Positions 27,242 through 51,921 of a stretch of 64,000 bases of DNA are shown here, in pieces. Position numbers and translations under genes: made by a program. Every line of letters starts with the position of its first letter. The first letter of the stretch is position 1. This stretch comes from Phoronis australis. Lineage: Eukaryota; Animalia; Phoronida. The stretch spans positions 310,706 through 374,705 of the forward strand of contig NMRA01000303.1 of assembly GCA_002633005.1 (NCBI GenBank). Reading direction: 5' to 3'. Under the pieces are notes generated by a model, which was not told the DNA's origin, ran no database searches, and saw only the letters and a program-made list of their open reading frames with translations.

Positions 27242-28782
27242 TTATGCGCCCACATCATTATATGTGGACGCATTATGCCGTCATCTCTGTCCGTCCGTCC
27301 GTCCGGGCGGCGTCCGTCCGGCGTCCGGCGTCTGGCGTCCGGCGTCCGCTGCTCTATCTCCAAAACCCTTTGACATACGTTCATGAAATTTGGCACATAT
27401 GTTCCATTCATGAATGGGACGGCATGTGCGAACTTTCGGACGGATCCGACTACCGGTGTGCCCCCTAGTGGCAATTTTAATTTTTTTACGCTTACCTTTG
27501 TATCTTCACAAGTCCTTATTGGATTTTCATGAAATTTGGTATGTAGGCACCTATTAGTGAGATGACGCTATCCTCCCGTTTTCAGATGGATTCGACATAG
27601 TTTGCGCCACCTAGTGGCCATTTTTAGTGTTTTCGAGTCTGTTTTTGTGCGTCCACCCCTCTATCAACCAAACCGCTCAAAGGATGATTGTGAAAATTGG
27701 CATGTATATGCTTACTATGTAGAGGATGGTTGACGATGATTTTCCGACGATTTCGACTACTGTGGCGCCTCCTAGTGGCAGTTTTGTTTTTTTGCGCCTA
27801 TGGCTGTATCTCCTAAACCGTTCGCAGGATCTTTACAAATTGTGTAAGTATATTTATATGATGTTAACAACGGAAGATGACGACTTTTGGTCGGATCCGA
27901 CTACCGGTGTGCCCCCTAGTGGCAATTTTAGTTTTTTACGCTTACCTTTGTATCTTCAAAAGTATTGAACGGATTTTCATGAAATTTGGTATGTAGGCAC
28001 CTATTAGTGAGATGACGCTATCCTACTGTTTTCAGATGGATTCGACGTAGTTTGCGCCACCTAGTGGCCATTTTTACTGTTTTCGAGTCTGTATTTTTGC
28101 GTCCACCCCTCTATCAACCAAACCGCTCAAAGGATGATTGTGAAAATTGGCGTGTATGTGCTTACTATAAGGAAGACAGCTGACAATGATTTTCAGACGA
28201 TTTGGACTACTGTGGCGCCTCCTAGTGGCAGTTTTGTTTTTTTGCGCCCATGGCTGTATCTCCCAAACCGTTTGCAGGATCTTTACTAAATTTAGCAAGT
28301 GTATTTATGTGATGTTGACAACGGACGATGACGACTTTAGGATGATTCTGATTACCGGTATGCCTCTAGTGGCAATTTTAGTATTTGCCTCTAGTGGCAA
28401 TTTTAGTATTTTACATTGACCTCTGTATTTTCATAGGTCTTCAGGTGTATACTTTGTGTTACTTCGTGACTGTGAAGGAAAAGTTCCAAGTAGAAATTTG
28501 TTTCTGGCATTCTAATGCTGTGCTAATCTCGTATGTTGGTAAATTTGTTTTTAATTCTATGTTTCTGTGGTGCTTTAAGCAACTGGTGTATAGGATGTGC
28601 TTGTATTATGAAGATTACTCACATTTTGCCCCTAGCCTATTGAGGAGACAATGACCATGCCTTTCCATTTTGCAAAGTATGCCCTCTACTGGCCACTTTA
28701 TGGTACCAATAAACAACCCTAGAAGGATACCGTATGCGGTGCAATTGTGGGCGCATTTCAACGCTCCGCGTTGCTCTTGTTT
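27242..28782 (+). mobile_element. Helentron-associated non-autonomous element (HINE/DINE-1-like)
   Basis: 5' subTIR atgcgcccaca with adjacent partner tgtggacgcat, (GTCC)n-type microsatellite, about two ~450-bp tandem units, 3' subTIR tgtgggcgcat plus hairpin caacgc...gcgttg, T-rich ends. Confidence 0.85.
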
Positions 28783-29393
28783 ACGAGTCAGTCAACATGC
28801 CACACTGTTGCTGGGTACCCGGATGTACTCGTTATGGCCCAAAGGCTGTAAGCAGCCCTGCTGCGATGTTGAGTAGTGGGAGTGAATACAGGTCCAGTCC
28901 GTGAAGAGTACAGTTCGTCGTTCAATTAACAGATCGGTGAGCCAAACTTTATTGTGGACTTGATTAAAATATTGAAACTATTTAGAAGGTGCCAGGCGTC
29001 TGGCGAGGGAGTCACACGGTGGGGTGTAAGCAGTTTGTGTGCTCAGGTGAGAGTGTGTCGCGGTACACTCGCCGGGCAAATGGGACAGTTGTTCCTCTGT
29101 CTGTGAGATAATAATGAGTACATCCCGGTACGCAGCAACTGTGTGGCATGTTGACTAACTTGTAAACAATAGCAAACGATGACTGAACTTATCTCAACCG
29201 AGATGAAACAATGACTGTCTCAGCAGCTCTCACAGTCAGACTATATGAAAAGAAATTGGCGCGAAATGCTTGCTTCCCAAAACGTCACTTCCAGAGTAGA
29301 GAACGAATAATTAATTAAATTACGAAAAGCTGTAATTAAGTGGAAAATATGTCTGGGATAACCAACGAACCTTATTTTTGCTAAAAAAGACAT

Positions 29394-30375
29394 AGTAATA
29401 GTAACTTGGCGATCGGAGGCACAGGTGTTTTTTATAAGCCTTGGTTTGTAAAAGGCTTGAGATTTATTAGAGATATGTATACCTCTGATGGTGATCTTGT
29501 TAGTCTAAACAATATGAAAAATAGGTTCGACGTGAAAACCAACTTTGTAGAATATAATGGTGTTGTTTCTGTTCTAAAAAGGTTTCAAAAAAGTCTATTT
29601 CAAAGTAAATTTAAAAGTGTTAATGTCTACTCTCCTTGCATGCCTTTAGCAATTACTCACTTACGGAAAGATTTGAAGGGTTGTAGACATATCTGTTCAG
29701 TCTTTAATAACGTTAAGAAACCNNNNNNNNNNNNNNNNNNNNNNNNNNNNNNNNNNNNNNNNNNNNNNNNNNNNNNNNNNNNNNNNNNNNNNNNNNNNNN
29801 NNNNNNNNNNNNNNNNNNNNNNNNNNNNNNNNNNNNNNNNNNNNNNNNNNNNNNNNNNNNNNNNNNNNNNNNNNNNNNNNNNNNNNNNNNNNNNNNNNNN
29901 NNNNNNNNNNNNNNNNNNNNNNNNNNNNNNNNNNNNNNNNNNNNNNNNNNNNNNNNNNNNNNNNNNNNNNNNNNNNNNNNNNNNNNNNNNNNNNNNNNNN
30001 NNNNNNNNNNNNNNNNNNNNNNNNNNNNNNNNNNNNNNNNNNNNNNNNNNNNNNNNNNNNNNNNNNNNNNNNNNNNNNNNNNNNNNNNNNNNNNNNNNNN
30101 NNNNNNNNNNNNNNNNNNNNNNNNNNNNNNNNNNNNNNNNNNNNNNNNNNNNNNNNNNNNNNNNNNNNNNNNNNNNNNNNNNNNNNNNNNNNNNNNNNNN
30201 NNNNNNNNNNNNNNNNNNNNNNNNNNNNNNNNNNNNNNNNNNNNNNNNNNNNNNNNNNNNNNNNNNNNNNNNNNNNNNNNNNNNNNNNNNNNNNNNNNNN
30301 NNNNNNNNNNNNNNNNNNNNNNNNNNNNNNNNNNNNNNNNNNNNNNNNNNNNNNNNNCATAAAAAAAAAAAAAAT
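29394..30375 (+). mobile_element. 5'-truncated L1/Tx1-type LINE (partly in assembly gap)
   Basis: IGGTGVFYKPWFVKGLRFIRDM...NFVEYNGV resembles the post-RT region of L1/Tx1 ORF2; poly(A) at 30361-30374; TSD aaagacat (29386-29393 and 30376-30383). Confidence 0.8.
29723..30357. other. Assembly gap
   Basis: Run of N. Confidence 1.
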
Positions 30376-31064
30376 AAAGACATGAAGAATGGTTGCCTTC
30401 GCCTTTAAATACTCTGTCTTTTTGCTCTCGTTAGATTGACCTTCAGTGATTATCGCATAGATTTGGCAATGCAAATAATTCCTGAGATTATTCTATGTGA
30501 ATAAAGAATACTCTTGTAACTTCTTATGAATGTCTTAAATGTAGGTTGGAATAATTTGATAACGATCCAGTCAAGCTATGTTACAAGGTATCTGTTTACC
30601 TGAGCCTTTTACGTTCCACACAGTCACTGTGTGATGTTATATTTATGGTCATATACAAGATTCCGTTGTACCTCAAGTGTGACACAAATTTCCTTGATTT
30701 CACTAGGGCTTGGAATTTCCCTCTTATTGGAGGATTTCCTCTTTTGATTTCGGTTTCCTCTTTGATTTTCAGTTTTCTCTTTTTTGTCTCTGCATCATTT
30801 TTTTGACGTTTTTCTTGCAAAGATGTTTACTTCAGTTAATGCAAAAATATTTCTATCACACAAGCCTGTTATTTGTGGAACGATACGTCACCTGGAAAAT
30901 TTTCCTCTTTTTTGTTGTTGGTCATTGCAAAGGCCTGCGTTACATGCCTATCAAATACTGCAGATGTCTGCTTTCGTTAGTGAATGCTACGATTTTGTTT
31001 TGCAATCACCATAGTTGAAATGGGCCCTGCAATTTTTTTGCAACCTCTGTGCTTATCCCTTTGC

Positions 31065-31254
31065 TGTGGAACAGATGCCTAGGCAGGTTGTGTGGAACAG
31101 ATGCCTAGGCAGGTTGTGTGGAACAGATGCCTAGGCAGGTTGTGTGGAACAGATGCCTAGGCAGGTTGTGTGGAACAGATGCATAGGCAGGTTGTGTGGA
31201 ACAGATGCCTAGGCAGGTTGTGTGGAACAGATGCCTAGGCAGGTTGTGTGGAAC
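31065..31254. repeat. 26-bp minisatellite, about 7 copies
   Basis: Unit gtggaacagatgcctaggcaggttgt. Confidence 0.95.
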
Positions 31255-32760
31255 ATCTGTGTGACTCAAGTAGCTTGTTAGTAAGAGTCATAATAGGGGG
31301 AACTTGAGAACTATTCTTCAGAAAAATTGAAACTATGAATTTCACGTAATCATAAAAATTAGAGTTGTCCACTGAATCAGCTGGGATATTCTACTTAGCA
31401 TGTTTTTGTTTTTGTCATTTACTGATTCTACTATCCCGCTTTTTGGATTTTAAGATTCAGTGTTCTTTTTCTTACCACAGCCCTGATAATGCAGATAACG
31501 GATAATTAGCTGTGGGGAGGATTTACTGCATGATTGTAGCCAAGCTTTTTTAGTTTGCCCCTCCCCTACAAAATGAATGGTGAAATCATAAGGAGAGTCA
31601 TAATTAACAAATAATTATAATACATTTTTATTACATGTTTTAAAGATTACTTGATATTTTATATTTCCTATAGCCAATTCTACTTGCTAGTTTCAAATTG
31701 GTTTTCATGTTATTAACGCAAAAACAGTTTTCCTCAATGTCAGCATGTTTCAGATAAAAAATAATTGTCATTCTCATTCATATTGTTTGCCATTTTTGAA
31801 TAGAAGTGAGGATTTTTAGGAGATTGTTTTACATGTTTTATAAAATGTGTTGAATAGTTAACAAACTTAGTGTACCAAAGTGTACATTCCTTGCACAGGG
31901 TTGCATGAGGTGGTAATTTTCTGCGAAATATAAATCTGTATTTTGGTTAAAAAAGAAACATTTCTTTATACTAATTTAATTGCTAAAGACCAGTATGGCT
32001 TAAATGCTGAATTTTGAATTGTTCTGAATTGATATCTTAGTCACAAACAGTTTAATACTAGAAATTCAGAGTATACGTCCGTCCCACTTATTCAAGTTAC
32101 ACAGAGTTGCCTAACAAAAAATTTAAGGTGCCATCTAAAAATTAGTATGTTATACTTTACATTCATTCCACTAAATTACAGTGTAAAAATGTGTGTTTTT
32201 GCAATTCACAAAAGAAAGTTAAACATTTTTCAAAAATTCAAATTCTCCGGGTATGTCCATCTCGCCCCTAACAATGTTCTGTTTTTTTGGACGAAAATTC
32301 GGTTCATGGTTAATCAATCGAGCTGTTGTTTGTACATCCGCCACACACAAAATGACTGACCAGATATCCTGAAACGAGTTGAGCAATATGTGCATAGTAC
32401 CTTTTGAGGGACCTTGGTAAATATAGCCTTCTTAGTATTCAGAGAACTCGCTCTCCACAAAGTCTTAAGACTGACTGAGCCACTCCACATCTCATGAAGT
32501 TAAGATCTACTTGAAGACTTCAAATGGCTCATTTAGCTGCATAACCAATAATTTTGTGTGTCATTTCATTTCCTGGGGACTTGGATGATCACCATGTCAA
32601 ATTGGCTTTCTCAGATTAAAATCGGTTGGGGATCTTGTTAGTTGCATAGCTTGTTGATTGACTATCAGTGTAACGTGCCATGTAATTACTAGTTGAAGGC
32701 GTGGACAAGTGCTATTATCCTCCCCCTTGTCATTTCAGACTCTGCTACTATTCGTCAACT

Positions 32761-44814
<12,054 letters not shown>

Positions 44815-45396
44815 TCGTGTGATTGTGAGACTTAAGTGGACAGTTTTAAACGGGACCTTGTGGCAAGCATTGGTCGCTGAAAATGCGGTCAAGTTTGAGG
44901 AGACATTTGTGAATCTATCCCTCCGTTGATCTTGTGAAATTATTTACTCTAAACAGACACAACTGTTGGATACATATCAGTCCCTTCCATGCAAAGGTGT
45001 CGTTCAAGGTCGCCCAACCTTTGTGAAACTTGTGAAAGGATTACGCAGGGGGATCCGAGTAGGATAGAACACGGTGGTTATGACAGTGTAAAAATACTAT
45101 ATATTTGTAGCATATTGATATTTTTACAGTAATGTTTATGTACAGTAAATACTGGTTTATTCCGTAGACTCTACTTTTATTGTTCACAACAGTCATAGTC
45201 AATGTGTATGGCGTGTCCCTGCTAGACCAAGGATTTTGTATTGCAAACATTTTATAGATTAGTTTTATTCTGGGTTTAGTGATGTGTAGCTCAGTGGTAG
45301 ACTACGTTAAAGGATTACAACCAGGCTTTTATTTACAGTATGTCTTCACATTTGTTGCTCATTGAGAGCGCAAGATTCTTGTATATTTTTAAATTG

Positions 45397-45402
45397 AATA
45401 AA
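45397..45402 (+). terminator. Probable beta-catenin polyadenylation signal (3'UTR about 600 nt)
   Basis: First AATAAA seen after the stop codon, followed about 20 nt later by a T-rich tract (ttttctcttttt). Confidence 0.6.
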
Positions 45403-48400
45403 TCTCAACGGTGGATTCAGTTTTCTCTTTTTGAGTTATACTCGCCTGTACCTGTATACTTGCAAACCTCTCAAGGGGTCGGTGTACATAAATTATGTAA
45501 ATGACAAAAACAGTCCTTTTCACAATTGAGATCAATGGAATTACTGTCTCAGTTTCGGCTAATGACCCGAGATTTAAACCACACTTTCACCTACGTGCAA
45601 AATTTGTATCCCGTTTACTGAAAGCACGCAGATTATCTTCATTTTTACGTTGAGGCATAGCAAGCTGATTATGTGCATTGGAATTGCATGTTCATCCAAT
45701 GAGCAATTGCCTATTTATGAAAGTAAGATACCAGTCAATGTGTGAATCGGGAAAGAAAACGACGGATTGCTATAGTTAAGCTTTGAAACCATCGAACGTG
45801 CTTTCTGATTAACGTGGATGTTCACCTGATAGTTATCAATGAAAATTGACAATTTGTAAAGAAGCCGAGTTTTCCATACTTGATCAAGCTGAAGTAGAAA
45901 CCTTCAAATTTTATTGAATCTTCATTTCGAAGCAATGTAACAACTATCAGGTGTCTGGTGTTCTCTGTAACTGGGGACACTGCGCCCTTTTTGCTAAATT
46001 TCACTAAAAGCCCATGATCACCTTGAATTTTTTTTTGCCAAGTTCGATATTTGACTAAATGCTGTCAATAAGCGCCTAAAAAGGACCAACACAAAGGGTT
46101 CCAAAGATGGTGCTTGCTGCAGGTGGCCTTGAGGTATACACCTTGACAGAAGAACTTGCAATATTGCTCACTTCAAAAAACTTGTGCGAAACGCTTGTGG
46201 AAATCTTTCTAAATACATGCATTTTGAAAAAGACGAACTTGAATGACACACCTACAAAGAGTACAAAGTTTTCTACAAAAGCTGAAGAAATTTCATCGAA
46301 AGTTGACGAAATTTCAATGCAAAAAAATCAGGCTAATTTCAAATGATTTAGTTTTCCACTTCCTCTAATTTACTCCTGGATTTTTGCCATGAATTTGATG
46401 AAGCCGGAACTTTTTTTGAAAACTACCGAGTAGTACGTGCTAAAAAATTCCAGGTACTGTCCCAGAATTCCCAGTCACAATGATTGCGCACCAGTAGTAA
46501 CCACTCATGAGTGCCACAAGCCATGATTGGCCATTTGTTCTTACCAGACATGATGATGACAAGATTATTTGTAACGTGCACTGTACAGTAAGGCGATCCA
46601 TCGCTTTAGTTCACTATGTCACCGTGGTGACAGAAAGACTGCACCTCGTTAAGATGTGTAATAGGATTATGCAAACCAAGCAAACTTTTTTACAAGAACC
46701 TGAAACCCACTCTGATGCAGTGTTATGAGGTAAAAATTCAATTTGGTCTCATAAGTAGCTCCATGAGTTTGCAAATGAAGCAACCTTTAGGATAACATTG
46801 ACCGGAAGTCTTAACACTAACGTTGATGGTAAGGGTTGATTCTAAACCTGTGCACCAAGGTGTGCTTGTTGGTCCAGCAACATGTAACTATCACAACCCA
46901 GTGGTTGGTTACATGATCAAACAGCCAAAAAGGCTGTGCTAACTACAACCTTGAGCGACCTGGCCTGTTTTTTCAGTGTTACATGTATTGACAGACATGG
47001 AAATCACAGTAACATATTCTACATTTAAGGTCATTGATAAGTTTAAAATTTGAAATCCAACAATCATATCACTACACGTTTAAAAATGAAAGCACATTTG
47101 ACAGGCCAGTCAATGACTTATAAGTCTCGTCAGAGATCACGTTGCAAAATTGAGGATTAACAGAATGCTAAGCCCAGTTTTGGTCAGTTAACATAGACTA
47201 CAGTATGCTCATCTAAATCTTTAAAATGAAATAATTTTGCTACTGTTGCCACTGCTCGACACTTCAGAGCAAGTCTGAAAATTCCTTACAAAGTTTGCTG
47301 ATTTGACAAGCGCGACTGATGCTTCAGTTAAAGGATTGTGAGAAAAGACCTTTAACCTCAAAACGAACTATCTACTTGTTGAGGGAAATGCCCTGCTTGA
47401 ATGTATCCATCACTCAGAGGTGCATCAGGTGACAGAAACCACTTTTGCTGGAATTGCCAAAACAGGGTTTAGTATCCTTTAAGCGTAAACATATATGAAC
47501 GAGGGCACATGATGTGGCCAATAGGTGGCGTGCAGACCAGACTTAAAAATATTTGTGTATCCTTTGTGTATGCACATGCTGCCTCACTTTGACAATCCAA
47601 AAAACACAGAACAGAAGAATTACAAGTTGTGAATATTTGAAAATATTGAATGACCATCAAATACGAGTCACTGAAACAAAAACACGTGTGCTTGTGAATG
47701 GGAGTTACAAGATTGTCATTTACAATTTTCTGTTCAATGTCATAAATGATATCAAGCTTCCTAAGTTTTTCTATGGTTGAAGTCACCGTGTAATGTGGCA
47801 GCATATTAGTGTTTCTCATCCAACACATTGATAACAGTTATAATAACAGTTATAATAACTGTGGCTAGGTTATAAGGTGACATTAGAAACACGATACGAG
47901 CACAAATTTTGCTATGCAAAGATGGCACTTCCTGCTCAAAACACTTCTTGCAGCCGGCTCCTTGTTTGGGTCAGAGAAACCTAAAATTAAGGAATAATTT
48001 TAGGAGCCCACCCCGTGTCATTGGCGCATCATTAATTTCATTGACACACTGTGATTGCTTAACTCAGTCCAACGGGAGCAATAAAAGTTTCAGTTTCGCA
48101 TGATTTCATCTTGAATAACACACATTGAATTCAGAATCTAGTACAACAATGCACAGTAGCTGATCAAAACAACAAGTTAAGTGATACGGGGTCAAACAAA
48201 TTATAAAGAAAATGCAGATCTCAACTGTGGATTCACGTGTTTAGTTAAAGTAAAATGAACCGTTTAGACCAGTCAATGTGTAACATACTGATGTAACAGA
48301 CAAAATCTCCCCGAAAAAGGTCAGACATTTGACTAACGTAACCCACAGGTCCTAAAAATTGGCCACACCAATCCATTGACTCGTAGCCACGCTTTTCTAA

Positions 48401-48752
48401 AATGATACGTGAAAATTGATGCTTAGACTGGAACAACTTGTCTTTTTCAGAAAGAAAACTTAGCACAGAAATACACAAAATTATTGTATCTGGGACAGAA
48501 AGCATTTCGTCCGAAGCCTACAAACTTGTCATACACGTATTTAGTAGTCCTGGAATGACCAAAGAAACCTGATGCAATGACCCCAAGATAATGTGAATTT
48601 TCAATTAACAGTCGTGACAATCAGTTCATAGGCTTTGTCCTTGAAAATTCAGACATCAGCAAAGAGAGCTTAATTCCAACAATAAGCTGCCAGCTGACAG
48701 TCAGTCAGTTATTCTAGCATTGTAGACTATCACATCAACTGTCACTCATTCA

Positions 48753-48871
48753 TCATTTCCGCCCCCCTCTGTTCCAGTTGCCAGGCGTTGGACCTCTTTG
48801 TGACGAGCTGTTATTCTGAGCCATTGGTGGACCTCGACCAGGGCCAGCAGGGCGAGGCCTCGTATTATTAA
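48753..48871 (-). CDS. Terminal coding exon of the same gene (V-NNTRPRPAGPGRGPPMAQNNSSSQRGPTPGNWNRGGRK*)
   Basis: Acceptor cttattttctattccag; phase matches the upstream exon (G+TT=Val); same low-complexity composition; TGA stop. Confidence 0.75.
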
Positions 48872-49639
48872 CTGGAATAGAAAATAAGTCGAGCTGTTAA
48901 AGCTGGCCAAATAAGTGAGTATCAGTACAGTGCAACACTTTTGTTCAAACTCTAAACGCTCTTCACAACTGGAAATGCCATTAAAATTTAATTCAGACAG
49001 TATAGCGTAAAGCATGAATGCTGTGTTCATAGGCAGACTGTGAAAACAGTAAAAAACAACCTTTTAAAAGACTCTGATTGCAAAAAATACCAGTTTCCTT
49101 ATAGATCCATGGCAAATTCGGTTACATGAATTATGTTAAAAACTTGCTACTTGATCGGTTTTAAAAATTGTCTTTGCAGTGCTTCTTAAGAGTCCCACAT
49201 GCTGAAATCACCACTCTTTATTTGTGGAGGTGGAAAAATGCCTTGTATGATTGAGCAGAGTCAGGCAAGTGATGAATATTTTAACACGCGACAGTCAGTT
49301 TTTTATGTCTGCACATGTCACATGAGAATGACAAATGGCTAATCTTAATGTAGACCAGTCATTTCATTAGCAAGGAAGTAGGGTAGAGCAGTGGAGAGTG
49401 AAGCAAGGCACCAAGGATGCACAGCATTGTGGGTAAAGACCACAGAATCCGAGAGGGCGCCACAGTTTTGTCAGAAGTAGCCATTACTGCATTATACTGA
49501 ATTTCAATTTCCATTCAAGCTTTGGTCACTGTAACATCAGTGCGACAGGCACCTGAATCAGTCATCGGCACAAATTCAGTACATAATAGCCCTAATGTGG
49601 AACTTGGAGGCTCATTCCTTATCTCTGTGATTGCTTGGC

Positions 49640-50010
49640 CAAAATAGTAAGAAACACGACACATAGCGACGATGTGAATATGAAGAAGTTGAGAATTGCC
49701 AAACGTTTTTAAGACCAAGTTTTGCGGTGACATTGATCTGCCGCAAAACACTGAACCGTGTCCAGTAAGTATCATGACGTGGTGTTGGGTGCACCCGCGT
49801 GGTGCGTCGGTAGTGTAGAGGCCACCCATTCGCAAAATTTTTTGTTTTCACATTTACAAATTGTATATGAATACAACTGCACTTCATAGATGATGATAAA
49901 ATAGCATTGTCATTTAGTTCCCGCAATACATTTGCATAATTAAGAGCATGCAAGTACATCTTCAATGTTGCATACATTTTGGCAAAAACTGAAATCATAT
50001 GATCAAGGAA
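49640..50010 (-). repeat. Dispersed repeat; inverted homolog at ~61990-62380
   Basis: Both copies translate to a near-identical MYLHAxNYANVxxELNDN; nucleotide similarity extends over about 350 bp. Confidence 0.75.
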
Positions 50011-50115
50011 CGTCGAAACAATGACCATTTTTTACATGCCCCTCTTCACTAATTGTTTAAGAACTTCAGTACAAAGTTGTCAGTCTGTTCAACTACACAC
50101 ACTACTGGAACTCAC

Positions 50116-50236
50116 CCTGTCCATTTCCTGGTGCCCGCTGGTTACTGTTGCCTTGGTTACCAGGAGGGCCATCTCCCTGACCTTTGCTCAAGTCCGGGGG
50201 TGACTTTCTATGTTGTTGTTGCTGCTGCTGTTCTTG
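50116..50236 (-). CDS. Penultimate coding exon of an unidentified convergent gene (QEQQQQQQHRKSPPDLSKGQGDGPPGNQGNSNQRAPGNGQ)
   Basis: Minus-strand acceptor gtatttcactgcag, donor G|gtgagt, 121 nt with no stop, GC-rich relative to flanks. Confidence 0.75.
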
Positions 50237-51139
50237 CTGCAGTGAAATACACACAGAACTGTGAAACGTTTCTTTACTCAACATTCAATTCAGGCTTAAC
50301 AGCCTTGATTTACCGTCTCTTTAATTTCCCTGAGCACACAAGTGTAAGAAAAATAAGAAAACTCGATAATATTGGCATCACATTCAAGTTATACAACAAA
50401 TGCAATCAAGTAGGAGATACTGTCAATTAAAGCTGTTCAATGCAAGTGAAGTGTTGCGTTTAACAAAAGACGTCTTAAACAAAACTTGCTGCAGTACTGC
50501 CCAAATACAGCAACATATCCAACTGATCTTGCAACAAAATAAGTGGAGTCACACACAACTATCACCGAAATGCTTCAGCAGGTCAACAAAAGCTTCTTGT
50601 CCACTTCGTTAAACACGATTTAAAATCAGAAAATTTAATGCACGTATGTAAAAACATACATGAAACTTACGCCAGTTCAAAGTTCTGAGCTAATAATTAA
50701 AACAAAAATATATGAAGATGCAAAACATTGTTTCATCTGTGTATTCTGTAAATAAAACCATGCTGAAAAAACTATTGCCAAGAGCTTTTTGTCAATGCTT
50801 AAAACCGCTACAAACTCCCAATGTCTTTGATTTAGGCTGCTTACCCTTGGTCTCAACATCTTAATCAGAATAGGTGTTATTTATAGGCATGAGGGAACTG
50901 ATAAGATGTTTGTTGTTTGTGAACAGTGACATCAAGGCATGAGTCACAACTAATTCTGACAGGTAATTAAATCCCGCTGGAACAAACATGCAGTAACTGA
51001 GAATATACACCTAAAACCTGCAAGTAACTGAGATAATTTCTATAACTTCATTCTAACCTGTGATGTGCTCATAATTACTTTGCTAAGCCTTTATTCAGCA
51101 ATTGTGAAGAACAAATTTCTATCATAAGTTGTGATTATT

Positions 51140-51340
51140 TTTCCATGAAACAGACCTCTGAGGCCTGTTCCATGAAACAGACCTCTGAAGCCTGTTCCAT
51201 GAAACAGACCTCTGAGGCCTGTTCCATGAAACAGACCTCTGAGGCCTGTTCCATGAAACAGACCTCTGAGGCCTGTTCCATGAAACAGACCTCTGAGGCC
51301 TGTTCCATGAAACAGACCTCTGAGGCCTGTTCCATGAAAC
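51140..51340. repeat. 27-bp minisatellite, about 7.4 copies
   Basis: Unit ttccatgaaacagacctctgaggcctg. Confidence 0.95.
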
Positions 51341-51921
51341 CCGTTTTAGAGCTCAAGTCAGTAATTTGGTCTTATGCTTCACTTACCAAGAATATACCAA
51401 CAATTGCTACTTACTCAATAATTTATTTATGTATTTATAATTTATTTATACCTTGTTGCTAAACTAATTTGTGGTAACAATTACCAATTTCATCTATGAC
51501 ATTTTTCAAATGCAGAATCAGACGTAACCATACGGAAACACAAAAGAAAGCTTGGTGACTTTAAAACATGATGAGAAACAATTCGTGTTACTTCAGACAA
51601 AAAGCACCAATCTAGTGGAACATGGTTTTTGGTATAAGTACGACTAAACAACCATCATACAAAAAATCGAAAGTGAGCTTCAAAATGCATTGAATGACTG
51701 CACTGACTTGTAGCAAATCTTAGGGAGATTCTAATGGCAGACGTCATCCGATCTTGTTAAATTTCACCTTCTAGAACACCAGGCCTGCATTTTGTAGACA
51801 CAAAATCGTAAAAGGCAAGATTACGCAAGACTTTGCCAGAAATCGTCAAGCATTACGCGTAAAGCATGCGATCACACTAATTTTACTCGCCTAATTCCTG
51901 CATCTACAGAATGTAGCCCAG

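Larger units (their letters stand above)
26996..30404 (+). mobile_element. Kolobok-like internal-deletion element with ~190-bp TIRs, hosting a HINE and a LINE
   Basis: TTAA|AGGCGAAGGCAACC...GGTTGCCTTCGCCT|TTAA; 27017-27185 is the reverse complement of 29223-29393; transposase remnant at 28880-29050. Confidence 0.88.

Noticed and set aside
29697-30474. Long ORFs spanning N runs (also 4743-5068)
   Set aside because: Artefacts of assembly gaps; only 29394-29722 has real (LINE) coding similarity.
45281-45305. tRNA-like TAGCTCAGTGGTAG in the beta-catenin 3'UTR
   Set aside because: A box only; no B box or cloverleaf follows.
48746-49030. ORF-track 94-aa minus-strand protein
   Set aside because: It runs through the intron in a different frame; the splice-compatible frame ends at TGA 48753.
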